Assembly (NCBI GenBank): GCA_045612345.1
Contig: JAZKYV010000040.1
Location: 13,749-77,748 of the forward strand
DNA from: Bacteroidales bacterium
Lineage (GTDB): Bacteria > Bacteroidota > Bacteroidia > Bacteroidales > F082
Reading direction: 5' to 3'
DNA: 64,000 nt
Every line of letters begins with the position of its first letter. Positions within the stretch are counted from its first letter, which is position 1. This document shows positions 18,369-26,742 of this stretch, one piece after another. Made by a program: the position numbers and the translations under genes. The notes under the pieces were generated by a model. That model saw only the letters and a list, made by a program, of their open reading frames with translations. It was not told where the DNA came from and searched no databases.

Positions 18369-19912
18369 CTTTCAGTGTTTAAAGAAGTTATAAACTGCTT
18401 CCAGTCTTCGTATCTTTTACCTTTCAAGACACGTGGGAATTTTGTCGCACCGCCAATTTTTCCTGTCTTTTCCATAAAGTCATAGAAAACATGTGTCGGC
18501 AAGACATCTATATATAAGTTTCTCAGAGCTTCTTCTCTTTCAACGCGATAGTCATCGTTCAACACTTTCAGATGCTCATCGATTTTTTTGATGGCTAACT
18601 CTTTATCAATTGGTTCGTCGCATGCCAAGTACCAATGATGTGAGAATGTGCTGTCTTCACGGAAACCAGCGACTGTAAACTCGTTGATATCAACTTTCAA
18701 TTCGTTTGATATATTTTCAACAGCTTGATTCATATTATCTTGTGAAAGATGTTCACCAACCAAGCTTAAAAATTGCTTTGTTCTTCCGCTTATGGTGATT
18801 TCACATTTTTCTTTATTGACAAATTTTACGACATCACCGATAAGATATCTCCATGTTCCAGCATTTGTAGATAACAAGATTGCATAATCGACACCTTCTT
18901 CAACTTCTGTGATATTAAGAGCTGTACAATTTTGTTTTATATTGCCGTCTTCATCAAAATTGTTTTCGTTGAATGGAACGAATTCATAATAAATTCCATT
19001 ATCAACAACAAGTTGCATGATACGTTTGTTAAGATCAACTTGATATGCTATATAACCTTCTGATGCCAAATAACTTTCGCTATATACCACAGGCTTTCCG
19101 AAAAGTTTTTCGAAACTCTTTTCATATGGAGCGAAAGCAACGCCGCTATGAACATAAACCGACAATGAAGGCCATAAGTCGTGGATTGTGTTTAAGTTAT
19201 ATTCTTTTATGATTCTTTCCAAAAGAATTTGCACCCAAGAAGGAACGCCAACGAGAACACCTATATCCCAAGAAGGTGCTTTCTTCACCATCTCATCGAG
19301 CTTGGTATTCCAATCTGTTGTTCTGGAGATTTTTCTTCCTGGCTTATAGAAATATTCGAACCAGAAAGGAAGTTTGGCTGCAGTAATACCTGACAAATCG
19401 CCAGAATAATATGTGCCGTTATATTGAAGATGTGTACTTCCGCCAATCATCAAGAAGCCTTTTTCATAGAAATCAGAAGGGAAATCATATTTCGTAGCAG
19501 CCAGAATCTGTTGGATACTTGCCTTCTTGATAGAAGATAACATGTTATTGGTGATAGGAATAAACTTACTTGATGCTTCAGATGTTCCTGAACTCAAAGC
19601 GAAATATTTTACCTTTCCTGGCCATGTAACATAGGTCTCTCCATTCAAAGCACGGAACCACCAATTTTTATACATGGAGTTGTAATCAAAGATAGGAACG
19701 TTTTCTTTATAAGTTTTAAGAATATCATCAGATTTCAAAATTTCTTCAAATTTATAATTCTGACCAAAAGCAGTATTTGATGCCTTTTTAAGTAATTTAA
19801 CCAATTCCTTTGTTTGAGCTTTAACTGGATTTAATCTCTTCTTTTTCATATCAATAGGAATATTACCTACTGAATATATGGTCTTCATTAATGTTCCAAA
19901 AATCTTTGACAT
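18365..19912 (-). CDS. GH3 (auxin-responsive promoter) family acyl-adenylate-forming enzyme homolog
   Basis: 515 aa with FALSSGTSEASSKFIP (GH3/ANL P-loop-like motif), YLASEGYIAYQ, and GRTKQFLSLVGEHL. Confidence 0.75.
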   Translation of the reverse strand: MSKIFGTLMKTIYSVGNIPIDMKKKRLNPVKAQTKELVKLLKKASNTAFGQNYKFEEILKSDDILKTYKENVPIFDYNSMYKNWWFRALNGETYVTWPGKVKYFALSSGTSEASSKFIPITNNMLSSIKKASIQQILAATKYDFPSDFYEKGFLMIGGSTHLQYNGTYYSGDLSGITAAKLPFWFEYFYKPGRKISRTTDWNTKLDEMVKKAPSWDIGVLVGVPSWVQILLERIIKEYNLNTIHDLWPSLSVYVHSGVAFAPYEKSFEKLFGKPVVYSESYLASEGYIAYQVDLNKRIMQLVVDNGIYYEFVPFNENNFDEDGNIKQNCTALNITEVEEGVDYAILLSTNAGTWRYLIGDVVKFVNKEKCEITISGRTKQFLSLVGEHLSQDNMNQAVENISNELKVDINEFTVAGFREDSTFSHHWYLACDEPIDKELAIKKIDEHLKVLNDDYRVEREEALRNLYIDVLPTHVFYDFMEKTGKIGGATKFPRVLKGKRYEDWKQFITSLNTER

Positions 19913-19984
19913 ATTTTTATATTTTATTTCACAAAAATAAGAAAAAAAATTTTTCTGATATTTATATTACATTTAAAAAAATAT

Positions 19985-19992
19985 TACTTTTG
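19985..19992 (+). promoter_or_regulatory. Bacteroidota -7 promoter motif TAnnTTTG (TACTTTTG)
   Basis: Exact match, 34 nt upstream of the ATG at 20026. Confidence 0.45.
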
Positions 19993-20025
19993 TGTCATAG
20001 TATTAACCAAAAAAAATAAAAAATC

Positions 20026-20484
20026 ATGAAAAAATTTTTATTATCATTAGTAGCTATTTGCTTTTTAGGTTTAGGAGTTCAAGCTCAAGAAATGAGCAAA
20101 GGTCAATTAGTTGGTAGTGCACGTTTAGGTTTAGGCGGTGGTGGCTTCCCAATCGCTGTTTCAGCTGACTATGGTATTGTTGGAAATCTCATTAATAATA
20201 ACGATGCTATTTCTGTTGGTGGTCAAGTTGGTATGTTTATTTGGAACGATGGTTATGAAAGCCATATTAACCTTACTTTAACAGCAAGAGGTAACTTCCA
20301 CTATCAATTCATTGATAACTTGGATACTTATGCAGGTCTTCAAATTGGTCTCCACACAGCAGGTCTTGGCTTCGGCTTCGATTTAGGTGCTCGTTACTAC
20401 TTCAACGATAAATTCGCTGCAAATCTCGAATTTGGTGGTTGTGGTTTCACAGGTGTTTCAGCTGGTATCTCAATGAAACTCTAA
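20026..20484 (+). CDS. Small outer-membrane beta-barrel protein
   Basis: 152 aa with a signal peptide, alternating Gly/aromatic beta-strand pattern, and a C-terminal hydrophobic strand (GISMKL). Confidence 0.5.
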   Translation: MKKFLLSLVAICFLGLGVQAQEMSKGQLVGSARLGLGGGGFPIAVSADYGIVGNLINNNDAISVGGQVGMFIWNDGYESHINLTLTARGNFHYQFIDNLDTYAGLQIGLHTAGLGFGFDLGARYYFNDKFAANLEFGGCGFTGVSAGISMKL

Positions 20485-20506
20485 GAATTTAAAAAACAAT
20501 CCAAAT

Positions 20507-20547
20507 AAAAAAAAATACCGATTTCATAACGAAGTCGGTATTTTTTT
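20507..20547 (+). terminator. Rho-independent terminator
   Basis: Stem ATACCGATTTC / GAAGTCGGTAT followed by T7, and preceded by an A-run. Confidence 0.75.
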
Positions 20548-20574
20548 ATGACTATATCCAAAAATTGTAAATCA

Positions 20575-20609
20575 TAAATAAAAGAGATGCCACAAAAGTA
20601 ACATCTCTA
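20575..20609 (-). terminator. Probable rho-independent terminator (minus strand)
   Basis: Stem AGAGATG / CATCTCT with a T-rich tail on the minus strand, just downstream of the nitroreductase stop. Confidence 0.45.
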
Positions 20610-20629
20610 ATTATAGACTTTGAGACTTA

Positions 20630-21277
20630 TTATTCGACAAATCTTATCTTTTCTTTAACTCTTGACTTAACTTGAGGTGTCTCGTCTGGATAACCAAAAC
20701 CTATCACCATTAAAGGCTCATAACCTTCAGAGAAAGACAATTTTTCAAGATATGGCTTTGCTTCTTCTGATTTCAAAAAACCTACAGGAGCCATTTGTAT
20801 ACAACTTCCTATTCCGTAAGCCCAAGCTGCGTTAACCATATTGCCTGCCAAAAGTCCGCAATCCACCTGTGAACACATTCCTGGTTCCATTGCAATGAAT
20901 ACTACAGTCGGAGCGTTGCGAAACATATTTCTGAATTTAGGATCTTTCTTTGGATATCTTGGATTATCTTCATCCATACCAGCAAGATAAACATCCGTCA
21001 TTCCATTAAGAATCTCAGGATTGTCGACGATTCTGATTTCCCAAGGCTGTTTGTTCATACCGTTAGGAGCATGTATGCCACATTCCAGAATGACATCCAT
21101 TATCTCACGTGGAACAACCTCATCCTTATAAGCACGAACGCTGCGACGAGTCATCAGATTGTCAACTATTATCTGCTCTTTTTTAAAACTTTCTTCATTG
21201 TTTTTCTTAGGTTCTGCACAACTCATAATGAAAAGAGCTAAAGCTGATAAGCAAAATAACTTCCAACCTTTATTCAT
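20630..21277 (-). CDS. Nitroreductase-family protein with lipoprotein signal
   Basis: 215 aa with a signal peptide and Cys (LFIMSC), RRSVRAY near the N-terminus, and a nitroreductase-fold core. Confidence 0.72.
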   Translation of the reverse strand: MNKGWKLFCLSALALFIMSCAEPKKNNEESFKKEQIIVDNLMTRRSVRAYKDEVVPREIMDVILECGIHAPNGMNKQPWEIRIVDNPEILNGMTDVYLAGMDEDNPRYPKKDPKFRNMFRNAPTVVFIAMEPGMCSQVDCGLLAGNMVNAAWAYGIGSCIQMAPVGFLKSEEAKPYLEKLSFSEGYEPLMVIGFGYPDETPQVKSRVKEKIRFVE

Positions 21278-21280
21278 GAC

Positions 21281-21511
21281 TTATTTCTTGTATTCTAATT
21301 CGTATAAATCATGTAATTCTTGGTGAGACATTTTCATGATTTCTTTATAATCCATTTGTTTTGTCAATAACAACCATTCAAAAAATTCATCTAAAAATGA
21401 TTCAATACCCGCTGCATGAGCTTTGTGATAATACAAACTTAATTTCTTTTCAGCTTTGATATCATCATAACCTTCTTGTTGTTGTTTAAGTAATTCAATT
21501 AAGTTTTCCAT
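21281..21511 (-). CDS. Hypothetical small helical protein
   Basis: 76-aa ORF, 3 nt upstream of the nitroreductase gene on the same strand. No motif recognised. Confidence 0.4.
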   Translation of the reverse strand: MENLIELLKQQQEGYDDIKAEKKLSLYYHKAHAAGIESFLDEFFEWLLLTKQMDYKEIMKMSHQELHDLYELEYKK

Positions 21512-21633
21512 AGCGCATATTTTTTAAGGGTTAATAATTATGTTAATAGAGGACAAATATAAGAATTTAGATTGTTTTTGTCAATACCTTGTTAATATTT
21601 TATCATATAGTTTTTAACCTTCAAAGTTAAACA

Positions 21634-22107
21634 CTAAACATGATGATAAGGTTCACCTTTTATAATAGTAAAAGCGCGATAAAGCTGTTCAACAAAAATC
21701 AGACGTATCATCTGATGAGAGAATGTCATTTCTGAAAGGCTGATCTTGAATTTCGCCTTGTCATAAACATCTTTTGAAAAACCATAAGGACCGCCAACAA
21801 CGAAAACTATTCTTTTACTGCCGGCATTCATCTGTTTTTCTATCCATTGTGAAAACATCACCGAAGTGAAAGTCTTGCCTTTTTCATCTAATAAAATAAG
21901 ATCATCACCTGGATTAAGCTGCGATAAAATCAAATCGCCTTCTGCTTTTTTCTGCTGCTCTTCCGTTAAAGTCTTCCTGTTCTTTATGTCAGGAATAACC
22001 TTCATTTCAAAAGGAATATAATGTTCTAACCTTTTGATATATTTACCGATACCTGTCTCTAAATAACTTTCGTCGGTTTTGCCTATGACTACAAATAAAA
22101 TCTTCAT
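21634..22107 (-). CDS. rlmH: 23S rRNA (pseudouridine1915-N3)-methyltransferase RlmH
   Basis: 157 aa of SPOUT family: MKILFVVIGKT..., VFVVGGPYGF, LSEMTFSHQMIRLIFVEQLYRAF. Confidence 0.9.
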   Translation of the reverse strand: MKILFVVIGKTDESYLETGIGKYIKRLEHYIPFEMKVIPDIKNRKTLTEEQQKKAEGDLILSQLNPGDDLILLDEKGKTFTSVMFSQWIEKQMNAGSKRIVFVVGGPYGFSKDVYDKAKFKISLSEMTFSHQMIRLIFVEQLYRAFTIIKGEPYHHV

Positions 22108-22116
22108 ACTTTTTTA

Positions 22117-22154
22117 AGACAACAGACTACGGACAACATCAACAGACATTGTCC
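22117..22154. repeat. Heptad word array of the CAGACTA/CGGACAA family
   Basis: agacaacagactacggacaacatcaacagacattgtcc. It shares a 19-bp identical core, CAACAGACTACGGACAACA (22120-22138), with 8888-8906. Confidence 0.85.
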
Positions 22155-22196
22155 ATATTAATTTATGAGCAAAGATAATAAAGAATTTACAATTAA

Positions 22197-22267
22197 AACT
22201 CAGAAATTCAGAACTTAAGAAACTTAAAAAAATTTGAGATTTTGATGTTTTTAAATTCTGAATTTTT
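22197..22267. repeat. Inverted octad arrays (YTCAGAAN / TTAAGAAA) and (TTTGAKRT / TCTGAATT)
   Basis: aactcagaaattcagaacttaagaaactt, then an A-run, then tttgagattttgatgtttttaaattctgaattttt. Confidence 0.8.
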
Positions 22268-22280
22268 ATAATAAATTTTA

Positions 22281-22288
22281 TAATTTTG
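22281..22288 (+). promoter_or_regulatory. Bacteroidota -7 promoter motif TAnnTTTG (TAATTTTG)
   Basis: Exact match, 28 nt upstream of the ATG at 22316. This argues against the track's TTG start at 22286. Confidence 0.4.
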
Positions 22289-22315
22289 AAGAAAAATAAG
22301 ATAAAGGTTAATATA

Positions 22316-23491
22316 ATGGAAATCAATGTTTTTCTTAATAAAATAAAGCAAGATTTTATTGAAAGTTGTAATTTGTATCACAGCAATCAAATTGGAAATA
22401 CTATCACTATATATAAAGAAGGTGAAGAATTTCCAGACTTGGATGAGTTCCAACTTGCTATTATAGGTGTTGAAGAAGAACGTAATTCCTTTGACAACAA
22501 AGGTTGTAAAGATGCTCCTAACGCAATAAGGAAATCATTATATCAGCTTTTTAATCATTGGGGTGATTTGAAAATCATCGACTTAGGAAATATCAAAACA
22601 GGTTTTGATATAGAAGACACTTATTTTGCTCTCAATAAGGTTTTCTCAATATTGATGAGATATCGTATTGTACCTATTATATTAGGTGGCAGTCAAGACC
22701 TCACTTATCCAATTTACCAGGTTTATGAAAATACAGGCAAACTGGTGAATATCACTTCTATAGATTCACGTTTCGATATTGGTCAAGATGATGAAGAATT
22801 AAATTCAAATTCTTATTTAAGTCATATCATTTTACATCAGCCTAGTTTCCTTTTCAATTATACAAACATTGGTTATCAAAGTTATTATGTTGATAATCAA
22901 AGTGTAGAACTTATGAAAAATCTTCTTTTCGATGTTCATAGAATTGGAAATATAAAGGCTAATGTTGAAGTCACAGAGCCATTATTACGTAATGCTGATA
23001 TTATTACTGTAGACACTTCTGCATTTTGCGCTGCCGATGCTCCTGGCGTGAAATATAATTCTCCAAACGGTTTCTCTTCAGAAGACGGCTGCAAGATGAC
23101 ACGTTACGCCGGCTTGAATCCAAAACTGACTTCAATAGGTTTCTTTGAATATAATCCTGCTTATGATATTAATAACATAACAGCCAATACATTAGCACAA
23201 ATGATTTGGTATTTCATAGAAGGATTCAGCTTGCGTATCAACGATTTTCCAACATATAACAGCAAGGATTTCAAACGTTACATCGTTAAGTTGGATGATT
23301 TCAACGAAGAAATCATTTTCCTTTGTCATAAGGTCAGCGGAAAATGGTGGATGGACTTGTCATTCAAGAGCAAGGACAGAGAAAAATATGAACGTCACCA
23401 TTACATTCCATGCTCGAGAGAAGATTACGACCTGACAATGGAAAATGAATTGCCAGATAAATGGTGGCAGTTTTATCAAAAACTCATGTAG
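22316..23491 (+). CDS. Arginase/formimidoylglutamase-fold family protein (divergent metal-site motifs)
   Basis: Ureohydrolase-like motif positions are LGGSQD (canonical GGDHS), SIDSRFD, and TVDTSAFCAADAPGV. The start is taken at the ATG at 22316. Confidence 0.55.
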   Translation: MEINVFLNKIKQDFIESCNLYHSNQIGNTITIYKEGEEFPDLDEFQLAIIGVEEERNSFDNKGCKDAPNAIRKSLYQLFNHWGDLKIIDLGNIKTGFDIEDTYFALNKVFSILMRYRIVPIILGGSQDLTYPIYQVYENTGKLVNITSIDSRFDIGQDDEELNSNSYLSHIILHQPSFLFNYTNIGYQSYYVDNQSVELMKNLLFDVHRIGNIKANVEVTEPLLRNADIITVDTSAFCAADAPGVKYNSPNGFSSEDGCKMTRYAGLNPKLTSIGFFEYNPAYDINNITANTLAQMIWYFIEGFSLRINDFPTYNSKDFKRYIVKLDDFNEEIIFLCHKVSGKWWMDLSFKSKDREKYERHHYIPCSREDYDLTMENELPDKWWQFYQKLM

Positions 23492-23505
23492 TAAATTGAA
23501 AACTT

Positions 23506-24105
23506 TCAAATTGTCCTATCTGGGTTATTATTAATGAAGGTGAGCCAGCTGGATTTTGATGATGATTTTTTAGCTTTAGGAATTTTGACAGTCTTTGTTT
23601 CATCAGTATCGCTGACGATATTTAATGAACGTTGGAAATAGTGGCATACTGCAGCTGCTGTGGCATCAGTCGCGTCCAAGAAATCAGGCAGATGGTCAAA
23701 CTTAATGATTTTCTGTAACATAATCGCTACTTGTTCCTTCGACGCTGCTCCATTGCCTGTTATCGACTGTTTTATCTTACGAGGAGAATATTCGAAAATC
23801 GGAATGTCTCTATATAAAGCAGCTGCCATCGCAACTCCTTGTGCTCTGCCAAGCTTCAACATAGACTGGACATTCTTTCCGTAAAATGGAGCTTCAATGG
23901 CTAATTCATCAGGATGATATTCATCTATTATCTCAAGAACTCTCTCAAAAATTTTCTTTAATTTCAAAGCTTGATTATCATATTGCTTCAATTTCAACAC
24001 TCCCATCCTCAATAATGAAAGCTGTTTGTCTTTCTGCAAGATCAAACTGTAACCCATTATCAAAGTTCCTGGGTCAATGCCTAATATTATCCTTTCCTTA
24101 ACCAA
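23506..24105 (-). CDS. ruvC: Crossover junction endodeoxyribonuclease RuvC
   Basis: 199 aa with [13 protein letters not shown] and [10 protein letters not shown], an RNase H-fold RuvC, plus a basic C-terminal tail. Confidence 0.88.
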   Translation of the reverse strand: MVKERIILGIDPGTLIMGYSLILQKDKQLSLLRMGVLKLKQYDNQALKLKKIFERVLEIIDEYHPDELAIEAPFYGKNVQSMLKLGRAQGVAMAAALYRDIPIFEYSPRKIKQSITGNGAASKEQVAIMLQKIIKFDHLPDFLDATDATAAAVCHYFQRSLNIVSDTDETKTVKIPKAKKSSSKSSWLTFINNNPDRTI

Positions 24106-24128
24106 TTTTTTTTTATTTTTGTAGAGTT

Positions 24129-25118
24129 ATGAATAACAAAGCAAAAATAAAAAAAATCACAGAAATAATGGTTAAAATAGTAATCGTACTATTAGGCATC
24201 TGGATTTTATACAAAAAGCTATTTCATAACCAAAACATCTCACAGCTTCTGATTGACATAGAATCATCAATCAAGACAACAAAAAACCTCATTCTTATAT
24301 TAGCAGCATTATTATTAGTTCCTCTTAATATTTATTTAGAAGGAATTAAATGGAAAATGCAACTTAAACCTATCGAAAATATAAATATCTGGAAATCATT
24401 TCTTTCAATTTTTACAGGAATAACTTCAGGAATGTTTTTTCCAAACAGAATGGGAAATTTTCTAGGAAGAATATTTATGTTGGAAAAAGGCGACAGGATA
24501 AAAGCCGCCATGGTTACAATAGTCGGAGGCATGGCACAAATGATAGCTACAGTAAGCCTCGGATTGATAGCAGCTATATTTTTTGTTAATAAAAATTTAG
24601 TGTTATTAACAATAGCAGCTGTTTTAATTATAGGAATATTATTAATAATGTATTTCAACATACATATCTTAAAATATTTTCAGTTTTTGATTCCTAAAAA
24701 ATTTAAAGAAAAGACCAAAGAATATTTTGAGGTATTTTCATTCTATAATAAAACAGAACTGTTAAAAATTTTAACAATATCATTTTTAAGATACTTTCTT
24801 TACACATTCCAATTTGTGCTTTTGATATGGTCCTTCGACGTGCCGCTGACATATTTCAAAGCAATGATACCAATTTCAGCAACATATATATTGATGATGA
24901 TAATACCATTTATCACAATAACAGAAATAGCAGTCAGAGGATCCGTAAGCATTTTAGTTTTTGAAAAATGGTTAATTATCAATAATATAAGTAGTTCATA
25001 CGGAATGATGGTATTTTCAGCAAGTTCATTATTATGGATTTTTAATATAGCGATTCCATCTATTATCGGACTGTTTTTAACATATCGATTTAAATTTTTC
25101 AGGAAAAATGAATTTTGA
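24129..25118 (+). CDS. Flippase-like membrane protein (LPG-synthase TM / UPF0104 family)
   Basis: 329 aa with about 8 TM helices. It overlaps the downstream GT2 gene by 11 nt. The true start may be the internal Met at 24168. Confidence 0.5.
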   Translation: MNNKAKIKKITEIMVKIVIVLLGIWILYKKLFHNQNISQLLIDIESSIKTTKNLILILAALLLVPLNIYLEGIKWKMQLKPIENINIWKSFLSIFTGITSGMFFPNRMGNFLGRIFMLEKGDRIKAAMVTIVGGMAQMIATVSLGLIAAIFFVNKNLVLLTIAAVLIIGILLIMYFNIHILKYFQFLIPKKFKEKTKEYFEVFSFYNKTELLKILTISFLRYFLYTFQFVLLIWSFDVPLTYFKAMIPISATYILMMIIPFITITEIAVRGSVSILVFEKWLIINNISSSYGMMVFSASSLLWIFNIAIPSIIGLFLTYRFKFFRKNEF

Positions 25119-26238
25119 ACTGCTTCAAATATTATTAAATATAGTATTGATAATAAGTGCTTTATATCTTATTTGTATAGTTGCATTTACTTACGGACTA
25201 TATAATTTAAAAGAAAGATTTTTTGCCTTCAATAAAAAAAGCGATGTTAAAGTATCAGTCCTGATTGCAGCACGCAATGAAGAAAAAAATATCGAAAGAT
25301 TATTAAAATCACTTTATAATCAATCATTTGAAAAAGAATTATTTGAAGTAATAATAATTGATGATCATTCAAATGACAACACATTTTCTATAATAGAGAA
25401 CTTCTCAAAAACATATAAAGATTTTAACTTAAAAATTTTTAAAGCTGATAATGAAGGAAAGAAACTAGCCATTTCACAGGCTTTGCATTTAGCTGAAAAT
25501 GAATTGGTTTTAGTCACAGATGCTGATTGTGTCTTAAAATCCACATGGATTGAAAGCATCGTTGATTTCTATAAAAGAGAAAACTGCAAGATGATATTAG
25601 CTCCTGTTTTATTATCTCCGGCTGAGACATTTTTCGAAAAGATTCAGGTTTTAGAGCATTTGAGTTTGATAGGCAGCACTGCTGGATCAGCAGAAATAGG
25701 TTTTCCTGTGATGTGTAACGGAGCAAATATGGCTTACGAAAGAGCTGCTGCTTTAGAATGTGAAAAATTCAGAAAAGATTTCAACATAGCATCAGGAGAC
25801 GATATGTTTTTAATGGAACAATTCTCTAAAAATTACGGTCTTAAAAACGTCAGATTCCTGTTAAGCAAATCAGCTATCGTAGAGACTAAGACATGCAAAA
25901 ACATTTCCGAATTTTTCCGTCAGAGGAGAAGATGGGTTTCAAAAACGAAATCATATACCAGCTGGAAAATAATAGCTACTGCCTTGGTGGTTTTCTTTTT
26001 CAATTTAAGCATTGTTTCGCTGTTTGTAAGCGCCTTTTTCATCCCAGCCTTGTGGAGCATCTATTTTCTGTTAACAATCCTTAAATTCTTTATAGATTAT
26101 CCTCTTTTGAAAAACATAACCTCATTCATGAATCAAGGTAGTCTTTTAAGATGGACATTGCCACTTGAATTCATATATCCGTTTTATGTTGTCATTACAG
26201 CAATCAGCGGAATGTTGGTAAACGTTAAATGGAAGTAG
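25108..26238 (+). CDS. Family 2 glycosyltransferase with C-terminal TM helices
   Basis: 376 aa with VSVLIAARNEE, IIIDDHSND, and VTDADC (DxD), plus a QRRRW-type motif (RQRRRWVSK) typical of processive GT2 enzymes. Confidence 0.75.
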   Translation: MNFELLQILLNIVLIISALYLICIVAFTYGLYNLKERFFAFNKKSDVKVSVLIAARNEEKNIERLLKSLYNQSFEKELFEVIIIDDHSNDNTFSIIENFSKTYKDFNLKIFKADNEGKKLAISQALHLAENELVLVTDADCVLKSTWIESIVDFYKRENCKMILAPVLLSPAETFFEKIQVLEHLSLIGSTAGSAEIGFPVMCNGANMAYERAAALECEKFRKDFNIASGDDMFLMEQFSKNYGLKNVRFLLSKSAIVETKTCKNISEFFRQRRRWVSKTKSYTSWKIIATALVVFFFNLSIVSLFVSAFFIPALWSIYFLLTILKFFIDYPLLKNITSFMNQGSLLRWTLPLEFIYPFYVVITAISGMLVNVKWK

Positions 26239-26242
26239 CAGT

Positions 26243-26332
26243 ATCTTGAACTCAGAACCTTGAATCTTGAACACTGAACCTATTAGTTCAAAGTTCAAAG
26301 TTCAGAGTTCAGAGCTCAAAGCTCAGAGTTCT
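26243..26332. repeat. Gene-less hairpin built from heptad arrays: (CTTGAAY/CTCAGAAC)x5, loop, (GYTCARA)x6
   Basis: cttgaac tcagaac cttgaat cttgaac actgaac c, tatta, then gttcaaa gttcaaa gttcaga gttcaga gctcaaa gctcaga gttc. It starts 5 nt after the GT2 stop codon. Confidence 0.88.
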
Positions 26333-26339
26333 TAACAAA

Positions 26340-26742
26340 ACTTACTCTATTATTCTTTTTAAATATTTTTAAAATTAAAAATTAATATGAAAAATTGAGT
26401 GAATGAGTAAATGTTGATAACTTCTTAATGAATTAAAAATCAAAAAAATAACCCTATTTTTTATTGTTGATAACTCTGTTAAAATGTGTTAACAAACAAC
26501 GATAAATATTGTTCAAAACCCACAAATGTTTATTTGTTAAAAAGTTTTTAAATAATTTTAACAAGTTTTAAAGTTATTAACAATGTAAATGTTGATAACT
26601 TTTATTGTATTGATTAGTAGTGAGATACAAATTCAACAAATATTAGATTTTTTTTTGTAAAATATTCATAATTAGTGAGAAAAATAATATTTAGTCATGG
26701 AAATATTTTTTAACTTTGTGGAAATTTATCAACAATTGTAAT
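26340..26742. other. Very AT-rich non-coding region with four exact TGTTGATAA/TTATCAACA boxes
   Basis: The boxes are at 26412-26420, 26465-26473 and 26590-26598 (TGTTGATAA), and 26726-26734 (TTATCAACA). A 17-bp string, GTAAATGTTGATAACTT, is shared by boxes 1 and 3. Further TTAACAA-type half matches occur. A nearly pure A/T stretch lies at 26345-26395. Confidence 0.6.
26711..26718 (+). promoter_or_regulatory. Bacteroidota -7 promoter motif TAnnTTTG (TAACTTTG)
   Basis: Exact match, 25 nt upstream of the rpiB ATG at 26743. Confidence 0.45.

Noticed and set aside
22114-22453. Two overlapping minus-strand ORFs (70 and 81 aa) between rlmH and the arginase-fold gene
   Set aside because: They run through the word arrays and AT-rich promoter DNA. 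Their peptides are low-complexity and I/F/K-rich, and they overlap the better-supported plus-strand gene start.
24114-24121. TATTTTTG promoter motif 7 nt before the ATG at 24129
   Set aside because: It is too close to the annotated start to serve it, as there would be essentially no leader. It may drive the internal Met at 24168 instead, so it is not reported as a feature.
26243-26332. Slipped-strand phase-variation microsatellites
   Set aside because: The units are imperfect (few identical neighbouring units), which disfavours slippage. The arrays are mostly downstream of genes rather than in promoters or 5' coding regions.
26340-26742. Calling this region oriC outright
   Set aside because: The repeated 9-mer deviates from the DnaA box at a normally invariant C. 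No dnaA or dnaN gene is adjacent. Strand bias around it is only partly consistent, and skew cannot be computed reliably by eye. It is kept as a hypothesis only.
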